21,383 nt of DNA. Origin: Octopus sinensis (Eukaryota). The stretch's first letter is position 1. Each line of letters opens with the position of its first letter. Shown here piece by piece: positions 12,033 to 21,383 of the stretch. Below the pieces are notes generated by a model. It was not told the DNA's origin, ran no database searches, and was given only the letters and a program-made list of their open reading frames with translations. A program made the position numbers and the translations under genes. Location of the stretch: NCBI RefSeq assembly GCF_006345805.1, contig NW_021823728.1, positions 1-21,383 of the forward strand, written 5' to 3'.

Positions 12033-12036
<4 letters not shown>

Positions 12037-12229
12037 CACACTATCATCTTATAATCAAATTACCTTTAAAGCAAACTCCTAATTTTCTTGTTTTGACAGA
12101 CATTCTCTAGAACAATACTTTGTGTAAAACCAAAGCTATGGCACCATAGCCATGACACCAACTTGAACTTCTAACTTGTCTCTTGAGGCTTGGAGTCAAC
12201 TTGTACAAATACAAAGCAAAAGCCAAACA

Positions 12230-12230
<1 letters not shown>
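12033..12230 (+). mobile_element. Probable 3' UTR fragment of a second (TAA)n-tailed retroelement
   Basis: Unique-complexity segment ending ...AAGCAAAAGCCAAACA(AAT)n, with a small hairpin GCTATGG-CA-CCATAGC (12135-12150). Same architecture as its neighbours and resembles an octopus repeat end I recall. No protein evidence. Confidence 0.45.
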
Positions 12231-12270
<40 letters not shown>

Positions 12271-12271
<1 letters not shown>

Positions 12272-12814
12272 GTACTAGGCAGTGGCTCTCATGGCTTCTG
12301 ATCTTAACTGATTGGAAGTGTTATCATGTACATTGTTTTGTCTTGGTATAAAAGATGGGCTACAGCAAATATTCTGCTCAATACCACAGATTTGCTTGTC
12401 AGTTGTTTGACCTTAACCAGTTGAGCATGTCCCTTAGTGGCTGACGATATGTGCATCTCTGATCACGAGCAGAAGTAGTGGGGGAGCATCATAGCCATGT
12501 GTTGAGAAGGATTCTTTGGGGTTTGAATAATTCACCTCTGGAAACATGGGTGTTTCGTTCAACGTCCTTAAACAACCCTTATTCAGGGACCGTTTGAGCG
12601 GGATGGGTTACTCGATCTGAAGAAAATTCTAACTGGGCTCCACCTGCAAGGTCATGTGCTGTTTATCTTGATATGAGATCACCATGTCGCGCACATATGG
12701 TTGTGATGCATGTGCCTGTTGTACCCTTATCAGACGGGTAGTCATGATGGGTATACTGGGCTTCGTATATTTTACCCCAGTGTCACTTTGATGGCATGCT
12801 CTGCTCGCTCACTC
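12271..12814 (+). mobile_element. ~540-bp interspersed element, copy 1, flanked by (AAT)n; class uncertain
   Basis: Direct-repeat partner of 13689-14220. It starts AGTACTA immediately after an (AAT)n run and ends GCTCACTC followed by (AAT)n. No credible ORF. Strand is inferred only from the AAT tail. Confidence 0.8.
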
Positions 12815-13376
<562 letters not shown>

Positions 13377-13378
<2 letters not shown>

Positions 13379-13583
13379 TTCAGGCAAATACATAACCGAA
13401 ACATCAGGACTTCCAAGTGTATATAACATACTGAAAGTGGCACTACTAGGTACCGCACACATCCTACGTAAACCACTTTCAATACAATGAAAATAAGAAC
13501 ACCATAACAAACCACAGCACATACCCAAGGCACATAGAGCTGCGCTTAGTAGCGCAGTGAAAGTACGTGCTAAAGATAAGACT
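13377..13583 (+). mobile_element. 5'-truncated 3' end of an R4/Dong-like (REL-endonuclease) non-LTR retrotransposon
   Basis: Frame 13377-13490 reads HSGKYITETSGLPSVYNILKVALLGTAHILRKPLSIQ*, matching the recalled C-terminal 'QK.ALLGTA.ILR' motif of R4-clade ORFs. A ~95-bp 3' UTR follows, with a 7-bp stem-loop (CTGCGCT-TAGT-AGCGCAG, 13540-13557), then (AAT)n. The segment is embedded in AAT/GAT/AAC repeats, consistent with the (TAA)n target of Dong elements. Confidence 0.8.
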
Positions 13584-13587
13584 AATA

Positions 13588-13649
<62 letters not shown>

Positions 13650-13688
13650 TATAATAATAATAATAATAATAATGAAGATGATGATGAT

Positions 13689-14220
13689 AGTACTAAATGC
13701 AGTGCCAGGTAGTGGCTCTCGTGGCTTCCAATCTTAACTGATTGGAAGTGTCATCATGTACGTTGTTTTGTCTTGGTATAAAAGATGGGCTATAGCAAAT
13801 ATTCTGCTCAATACCACAGATTTGCTTGTCATTTGTTTGACCATAACCAGTTGTGCATGTCCCTTAGTGGCTGACGATATGTGCATCTCTGATCACGAGC
13901 AGAAGTAGTCGGGGAGCATCATAGCCTTATGTTGAGAGAGATTCTTTGGCGTTTGAATAATTCACCTATGGAAACATGAGTGTTTCGTTCAACATTCTTA
14001 AACAACCCTTATTCGGGGACCTTTTGAGCGGGATGGGTTACTCGACCAGAAGAAAATTCTAAATGGGCCCCACCTACAAGGTCATGTGCTATTTATCTTG
14101 ATATGATATCACCATGTCGCGCACATATGGTTGTGTTGCATGTGCCTAGTGTACCCTTATCAGACGGGTAGTAGATTTTACCCCAGTGTCACTTTGATGG
14201 CATGCACTGCTCGCTCACTC
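13689..14220 (+). mobile_element. ~540-bp interspersed element, copy 2, flanked by (AAT)n/(GAT)n
   Basis: About 34 substitutions versus copy 1 by eye (~93-94% identity). It has a 12-bp extra segment at the 5' end (AATGCAGTGCCA) and lacks a 24-bp segment present in copy 1 (CATGATGGGTATACTGGGCTTCGT). Both boundaries match those of copy 1. Confidence 0.8.
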
Positions 14221-14465
<245 letters not shown>

Positions 14466-14944
14466 ACAATTGCAAATACAATAATATTGTTACTACTGCT
14501 ACGATTGCTATCACTATACCTTTCTTTAGATATCTTTGAGTCACGACATTTATTCTAGCTACCATACCTCTGAGCTACAGTTAGAAAATCACAACCTTTT
14601 CAGAAAAACATCGAAATTGAATACCGAGATAAAGTTGATTATTGAATATAATTTCAAAATGGCGGTGGTCCGCAAGAACCAAGAAACCAGATAGCTTCGT
14701 ATCATTGACTTCGAATGCGAAATTTGGTTGTCGTATTGGTTGCCAACGCTTCTTTTGTTTTTGTTTATTTTTGCTGTTGCTTTTGTTGTTGCTGTTTTGT
14801 TGTTGTTGTTGTTGTTGTTGTTGTCGCTATGCTGCTTATGTTGTTTCCGCTGTTGTCAACACCGATCGAGTATACTTATGATTAGTGCCATGACCATCCT
14901 TTTGGAAATATCTGTGATCACATTATCTAATACTTTCAGTCGCG

Positions 14945-15093
14945 TTTTGAGTTCAAATTCCGCGGAGGTCGACTTTGCTTTTCATCCTTTCGGGGTCGAT
15001 GAAATAAGTACCAGTTACGCACTGTAGGTCGATGTAATCGACTAGCCCTCCCCACCAAATTTCAGGCCTTGTGCCTATAGTAGATAGGACGAT
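14945..15093 (+). mobile_element. SINE family A core with a different 3' tail; 5' head missing or degraded
   Basis: GAGTTCAAATTCCGCGGAGGTCGACTTTGCTTTTCATCCTTTCGGGGTCGAT...GTCGATGTAATCGACT matches family A, then switches to AGCCCTCCCCACCAAATTTCAGGCCTTGTGCCTATAGTAGA. Confidence 0.8.
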
Positions 15094-15196
15094 TTAAGAT
15101 GGTGGGCCGTAAGTTGAGGAAGATTTGCATGCTTTTTTTTTAGAGCAAGCACTTCGAGTTTCCCTCACAGTCTCATGTAAGCTTCCTTGATGTTTT

Positions 15197-15420
15197 GGCC
15201 TAGAGATTTGGGTATTGATCTCGCGAACATATCATCGTGGGTTCGATACCTGAACTGACTTTCGTTGCTTTAGTCTACTTAGCTGAAAATGAGCACTAGT
15301 TGAATGCTGGAGCAGCCCTCTCTCATTTCAGCTGTAATATACTCCATGTTCTGCCGGGTTAAGGAATGGGAGGGCCGAAAGAGTGCCTATAACTGCTCGC
15401 GACTACACAAGCACCTAAAA
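15197..15420 (+). mobile_element. Degenerate tRNA-headed SINE remnant
   Basis: A-box-like TGGCCTAGAG (~15197) and B-box GGTTCGATACC (~15240-15250) at tRNA-like spacing. The 3' boundary is uncertain. Confidence 0.45.
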
Positions 15421-15612
15421 CTATTAGCAAAAGCATTTGAATCTACTAACAATTGATAATCGCTTGCGAGTGACGGCTGTGCTTGATGATAGTGCAACCT
15501 ACCCAATATTCTTGTTAAAAATGCCTTGAATTTTATTTCCCATGCTTTTCTATAAATCAATTCTCACACAAAAATACATACATACATACATACATACACA
15601 CACACACATATG

Positions 15613-15672
<60 letters not shown>

Positions 15673-15935
15673 ATGACTAGTGAAGCGTGCAGGCAAAATG
15701 ATAACAATGGCAACGGGTAGCAATGTTTAATAAGGAGTATCCGCACTAGAGTCTGTATGAGTGCAAATCAAACAATAAGTAGGAAGTGACAGGAATTGAA
15801 ATACAAAATAAATTTATTAGTATGTCAAGTCACTGACTTTATTTCAAACCCTGCCTAAAGTTATTTACGTACGTCAGTAGTGGCTTTGAGAAAGACATGA
15901 TGACACACTGTTATTTCCTCTTCTCTGTTAAACAG

Positions 15936-15961
15936 AAGTGGTAGGTTTATGTAAGAAGACG
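15936..15961 (+). other. Candidate 26-nt microexon
   Basis: TTATTTCCTCTTCTCTGTTAAACAG|AAGTGGTAGGTTTATGTAAGAAGACG|GTAAGA; one open frame (xVVGLCKKT). Splice-motif evidence only. Confidence 0.25.
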
Positions 15962-16205
15962 GTAAGAAAGAAGTTAAGATCTTTGCTTCTTGACCTGTGT
16001 ATTGTGAGTGTGTTTCACACATTGTCAGTGCTCCACAGTTCTTTTTCAATAAGGGGACATTCTTTTTGATTTATCCAATCTAGAACAGCCAGTGAGAGAA
16101 ACTAAAATGACTCGATAGTTTGTCAGCTAATAGATTTAAGTTTGCATTTTGCCTTCGCTGATTTAGTTTCAACCATTTTTTAGTCCATGGCCATTATGTT
16201 TTATC

Positions 16206-16596
16206 TTTTACTTGTTTTAGTCATGAGACTGCAGCCATGCTGGGGCACCGCCTTGAAGAACTTTTTGTCGAATGAATTGGCTCCAGTAAATTTTTTGAAC
16301 CAGGGATTTATTCTATTGGTTTCTTTTGCCGAACCGTTAAGTTACGGAGACATAAAAACACCGACACTGGATTCAGGTAGTAGTGGAGGACAAACATAGA
16401 CACAAATGCACATGCACACACATGCTCACTCACAAAAACGCACATACATGACGGGCTTCTTTCAGTTTCCACTCACAAGGCTTTGGTCGGCCCGAGGTTT
16501 TTGTAGAAGATACTTGCCCAAGATACCGCGCAGCGGGACTGAACTCGGAACCAGGTTGCTGGGAAGCAAACATCTTACTACAGCCGTGCATGTGCC
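16206..16596 (-). mobile_element. tRNA-derived SINE, family B
   Basis: Collinear with the two other family B copies (CATGCTGGGGCACCGCC, GCCGAACCGTTAAGTTACGG, CTCACAAGGCTTTGGTCGGCCCGAGG, CTTGCCCAAG, GGGACTGAAC). Confidence 0.85.
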
Positions 16597-16794
16597 TCAT
16601 TAAAGAAATAATTTTATTAAATCTGATCCGTGATTGCCGTTAACCGTGCCATTTTTGTGGTCCTCAATAAAAACACTATTAGCTAGCAAGAAGGTATAAC
16701 ATTGTATACATAACGTATCTTCCTCTCGACTGAAAAATTACGAATTTGTCTTCTATCAAGAAGCCATCTTTTCTTTTGCTCACTTGGAAGCAGA

Positions 16795-16955
16795 GAAGAG
16801 AGAAAGATTGAGAAAGAGAGAGAGAGAGCGAGAGCGAGAGAGAGAGAGCGAGAGAGAGAGAGAAAGAGAGAAAGATGGAGAGAGATAGAGAGAGAAAGAT
16901 GGAGAGAGATAGAGAGAGAAAGATGGAGAGAGAGAAAGAGAGAGAGAGAGAGAGC
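16795..16955. repeat. (GA)n array containing a ~24-bp higher-order unit AGAGAGAGAAAGATGGAGAGAGAT (about 3 copies)
   Basis: Directly visible. Similar simple arrays occur at 8688-8770 (GA), 11880-12032 (CA then TA), 15575-15672 (CA/TA) and 21060-21383 (TA-rich). Confidence 0.9.
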
Positions 16956-17609
16956 GACTCAGTGGTGCAGAACATCAGCTTAGTTGATATTACGAGTAAA
17001 GCATCGAATTTTGAGTTGAATTAATTGAGTTGAAATTAATTTATCGATATTAACTTATATTACGTTAAAAACTATAAAACATAATAGAACGATAAACTTT
17101 GGACCGTAATCATATTTCAACTTCAGACAGAGTACACTGTTGTTTAAATCCATAGTCAATCGTATTTTGCAGACCTATTTTAGATATGATCATCCCACTT
17201 CTTTTTCAGATATTGTGTAGATTGGGTCACATTATCCAATATGTCTTTAGCCCTTATAATGTGGTTTCAAAGAAGATTTGGCTACTATCAATAGTTGATA
17301 GACGGACTACATAGAAACCCACTCTTTCACTTGACAAAGACACCTATAATTTGGTTAGCAGCAAACAAAATTTACTGTGTTTGAAATGGTTAAATCAGTG
17401 ATAGAATTAAAATACCTGCATTGAAACAATTCTGCTCTATGTAGGGCTTCCATCGATTATTTTTTAGTTGCATATGCTGGTCTGGGAAAGATATTTTTTA
17501 GGAAGACTTGGATCGATGCAGCTTGATTATGTCCCCACAGGCGAAGCTCTCAGGATACAAATAATCGGAACAGGATATCGCAAAACATCTCACCCGTAAT
17601 TCAAACATT

Positions 17610-17766
17610 TCCGTCAATCTGTCAAACCACCGGCCTGAGTATGTACTTATTTTTGGCCCCGAAAAGATGGAAGGAAAACTTGACCTCGGCAGGATCTGAA
17701 GTCAGATCGCTGAGACCCGGAATACCCTGAGGTATTCTATTCAACACTATTGATTTTGCCACCCCC
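17610..17766 (-). mobile_element. Degenerate SINE family A-like fragment
   Basis: GTACTTATTTTTGGCCCCGAAAAGATGGAAGGAAAACTTGACCTCGGCAGGATCTGAAGTCAG is a diverged reverse complement of the family A core. Confidence 0.6.
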
Positions 17767-17954
17767 AGTTCTGTTCTATAGAGTTATAAGAGGAGTACCA
17801 GCAGAAGAGGTAAAACGTAGGATATACTCCATTTTTAAGATTTACACTCGGAGATCATTTTGCAGAAACAATATTCAATGTGCAGTTAATTGTAGGAACG
17901 TAGAAATTCTCAACTGAAAATATTTTACATTCAATAAGACATGTTTTAATTGTA

Positions 17955-19243
17955 TTGGGTTGGCAACTAAGATCCAGACGTTTTTTTAAATTTTGGAATT
18001 TTTTGCGTTTTTAAATTTTGGAATCTATTTTTTCGAGAATTCTACTTTTGAATCATTTTGGAATCTTTTTTTTTTTTCTAGTTAATTTTAGTTAATCTTT
18101 GTTTATTTTCAGATCATTAAAATGGAATGTCAAGTTAAGAAAAACGAGCATTTTTGACACCTTTTTGCTTTTAATCAAGGTTCTAAGGCCACAAAAGCTG
18201 CTTGGAGCATTTATGCTGTGTATAGAGAGGATGCCATAGCTGAAAGAGCCGCTCGTGATTAGTATGCCAAATTCAAAAATGGAAATTTTGAACTCAAAGA
18301 AGCACCTCGTTCTGGCCGTCCAGTTGAGTTAGATGAAGAGCGATTAAACCAACTTTTGCACGAAAATTCTCGTCAAACGACAAGGGAACTGGCAGAGAAA
18401 ATGGAATGCTCCTACACTGCTATAGAGAAGCATCTTCACTCGATGGGAAAGGTTCAGAAGTATAGAGCATGAGTTCCGCATGCTTTAAGTGATAACAACA
18501 AAAATCAACGAGCCACAATCTCCGCTGGTTTGCTTGTCACCGCTCAACTCATGGACACAGGCAACGATTTCTTTATCGAATCGTTACCGGCGACGGAAAA
18601 TGGTGCCTGTACATGAATATGAAGAAGTGTAAGGAATGGCTTAGCCCCGGTAAACAAGCGACACTGCGAGTGAAGCAAGATCTTCATCCGCGTAAAACGA
18701 TGTTGTGCGTATGGTGGGACTGGGAAGGGATTATCCATTACGAATTGCTTGAACGGAACCAAACGGTCAACGCAGAACTCTATGTTCAACAGATGGAAAA
18801 ACTTGACACGGCTATTCAAGAGAAAAGACCTAATAGTCAGCACGGAGTTCTGCTGCACGACAACGCCCACCCCCATATCGCCAATATGACCAAGGAAGCC
18901 ATTTAAACGCATGACTGAGAAGTACTGCCACACTTGCTGTACTCTCCTGATTTGGCACCAACGGATTTCCACCTCTTTCTACCTCTTTCTACCTCTTTCG
19001 ATCTCTTTCAAAAGCTATGCGCGGAGTTTCGTTCAATACTGATGCAGAATTGAGAGCTTGGTTGGATTAATTTTTCGAGTCGAAATCGGGTGGTTTCTAC
19101 CAACGAGGTATTGAAAATCTTGGGAAGAAGTTGTAAACAACAAGAATGAATACATTATTGATTAATTAGTTGTTATTTTTTTTATTAAACCTTTTAAACA
19201 TTTTAAATTTAAAAAAACGGTGGGAACTTAGTTGCCAACCCAA
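17955..19243 (+). mobile_element. Full-length mariner (Tc1/mariner, DD34D) DNA transposon, inactive
   Basis: The left end TA|TTGGGTTGGCAACTAAG (17955-17971) is the perfect inverse of CTTAGTTGCCAACCCAA|TA (19227-19243). The inverted match extends to 39 bp with 4 mismatches (17955-17993 / 19205-19243). TA flanks both ends (17953-54, 19244-45). Length is 1289 bp, typical of mariners, and it encloses a transposase pseudogene. Confidence 0.97.
18122..19165 (+). pseudogene. Mariner transposase pseudogene
   Basis: Starts MECQVKKNEHF*HLFAFNQG. It contains PRSGRP, an HTH-like RQTTRELAEKM, A*VPHAL (WVPHEL motif), RIVTGDGKW (D1 at 18592), HDNAHPH (D2 at 18859) and YSPDLAPTDFHLF (D3 at 18964), with exactly 34 residues between D2 and D3. 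It ends WEEVVNNKNEYIID* (TAA 19163-65). There are six in-frame stops plus frame-breaking indels near 18535, 18971-19000 and 19120. Confidence 0.96.
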
Positions 19244-19511
19244 TAGATTCTTTCATACTACCGAATGTACTACTAACCAGTTTTCTTGAATAACCAAAAT
19301 ACGTAATATATACGTCTACCAAATAAATGTTGATTTAGATTTAATGATGCTACTGAATGTGCCATGGATAAGAATCAATGCCAAAAGCAGGCTCCAGTGT
19401 TGAGGGCACAACATTTCTCTCCGTTGTAGACATGCCTTAATGGAAACGAAAGTGGATGTCGAAGAAGTCAGGCTTCAAAGTAATGATGTTTCAATTGGTA
19501 GAGTCGTTAGA

Positions 19512-19746
19512 AAGGGGCGGCGAGCTGGCAGAATCGTTAGCACGCCGGACGAAATGCGTGGCCGTATTTCGTCTGTCGTTACGTTCTGAGTTCAAATTAC
19601 GCCGAGGTCGACTTTGCTTTTCATCCTTTCGAGGTCGATAAATTAAGTACCAGTTACGCACTGGGCTCGATGTAATCGACTTAATCCGTTTGTCTGTCCT
19701 TGTTTGTCCCCTCTGTGTTTAGCCCCTTGTGGTGAGTAAAGAAATA
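19512..19746 (+). mobile_element. tRNA-derived SINE, family A, full length
   Basis: Same head, core and tail as the other family A copies. Perfect 15-bp TSD GGTAGAGTCGTTAGA at 19497-19511 and 19747-19761. Confidence 0.93.
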
Positions 19747-19804
19747 GGTAGAGTCGTTAGAGAGTAAGATGCATTTAATGCAGTAATCGTTCTGGCTAGC
19801 TACG

Positions 19805-19890
19805 CCCTGACATCAAATCCCACCAAAGTTCCTTTATCATTCTTTGAACTTCCTTTTTCATCCTTTCAAGTTCGATAAAGTACCAATCCT
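19805..19890 (+). mobile_element. Highly degenerate SINE family A-like remnant
   Basis: CTGACATCAAATCCCACCAAAGTT and TTTTCATCCTTTCAAGTTCGATAAAGTACCA resemble the B-box and core. Confidence 0.4.
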
Positions 19891-21220
19891 ATACTAAATT
19901 GATTCTTCACCTCTTTTACTTCTGTCTTTCTCCCTTTCTAGAAGAAATAAAGAGGAATCGTATCCATCAGGCTTAAAACTGCCCAAGACACGCCGTATGT
20001 TATAATGGCGCCCAAACGAGTCTATAAAAGAGTTGAAGGCACAAGGCAACGAATTCACTAAGTCAAAGTTTTAATTTCTAAGGAACCACACATTACCAGA
20101 AGGTACATTACGTCTCAGAAACAAGTTATTTATGTTTCCCTCCCGCTTCTTCCCCTGCCATACAATGCTGTATAAATGTAAAAGTTTCGCCTTATTTTCT
20201 TTGTTATTGAGGAAGACGGTAGGTCACGGTTTCGAAGTAAAGAAATTCTAGAATAAACTCATTGATTAAATTTCTGTTTAGTACACAACATTGGCACGAC
20301 AGGAGGTCATCTCACGACTTTCTCTTTAAGTTTCCGATACATGCTGCGTCTGTTTACAGGGTCATTTCTTTTCCTTTATTTTTTCTTTTCTTTCCTTTTT
20401 ATTTTCTTCTCTCTTATCTTTACATTATTTTCTTCAGAGGGATTAGAAATTAACACTTTTGATTAAAATTAATAACTTTTTCTTAATTTATTTATTCTTC
20501 ACGAATTAAATTTTCTTTTTCTTGTTATTGATTTCTCTTTTCTTATTCTTCGTCAGTATATTTTTTTCAGCCTTTTACCATCTCACCACATCCTGTTTTC
20601 TTCATTCTTACGTTTCGTTCATTAAACTTTCTCACTTCGTACATATGTCGACTTTACTTCTAACTTATTTAGTTTTTAAGTTAATTTTCTCTGTCAATTT
20701 CACTTGTTTTAATGAAGTTCTTCCTTTGAATTTTCACCGTTTCTTATGTTTATTATATTGTGATTTCCTTTCACTAATGTTTAACATGAGTTGCAAGAAG
20801 ACGAAATCGAACAATGAAGAAAGGTATTTTAGAAAACTGTCAGAATCATTGTCGATATTTTCATTTTGTTTTCTAAATATCTTTAAATTGACATTTCCTT
20901 TAGTTGTTCAAATTGGATGAAAAGTTGCCGACCATAGTTTATTTTTTCAACAAACGAAGGAAAAATAAATATAAAAATTTATGTAAATGTGTAGAATGCA
21001 AATTAAATTACATTGGGTTTTCACCAAAATATTTTTTCTTTGAAAATGTTCACATCGCAAACATATATATGTATGTGTGTATGTATGTATGTATATTCAT
21101 ATATATATACATTCATACATATACTGCATATATACAAATATTTACTTATACATACATAAATATATTAATATTATTATATATTACATACAAAACTATATGT
21201 ATATATATATATATTATATA

Positions 21221-21258
<38 letters not shown>

Positions 21259-21383
21259 GTCTATTATAACATAATATGTATTATATATTATATAGTATAT
21301 CATATACATCTAAATATATGTATACACATACACATACATACACACACGTTATATATATATACCATACATAATACAGACATATA

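Noticed and set aside
14655-14692. CAAAATGGCGG YY1/Kozak-like start
   Set aside because: The ORF stops after 11 codons (MAVVRKNQETR*) and there is no other promoter evidence.
18544-18972. 142-aa minus-strand ORF
   Set aside because: Antisense shadow of the mariner transposase catalytic region.
20522-21269. F/L/S-rich 132-aa and Y/I-rich 121-aa ORFs
   Set aside because: Compositional artefacts of T-rich and TA-repeat DNA; non-ATG starts and no recognisable motif.

Overview
AT-rich eukaryotic DNA, extremely dense in microsatellites, with no long protein-coding gene. Almost all ORFs in the supplied track are translations of simple repeats. The mix of repeat families (tRNA-headed SINEs with CORE-like and Meta-like central domains, (TAA)n-associated Dong/R4-type retroelement ends, compound TA/CA/AAT arrays) matches my recollection of octopus (coleoid cephalopod) genomes; this taxon call is inference. 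Directly supported elements: (1) a full-length but dead mariner (DD34D) transposon with TIRs and TA duplication at 17955-19243; (2) about 12 SINE copies or fragments from at least three families, four with readable target-site duplications; (3) a 2.4-kb chain of retroelement-like segments, each ending in an (AAT)n run, at 12033-14465, one encoding the C-terminus of an R4/Dong-like protein; (4) two small fold-back elements (4307-4474 and 8238-8498), the second carrying three tandem 35-bp hairpin repeats. Several short islands bracketed by splice signals may be exons of a host gene, but neither strand nor identity can be established from sequence alone. All alignments and counts were done by eye, and family names rest on recalled motifs rather than database searches.
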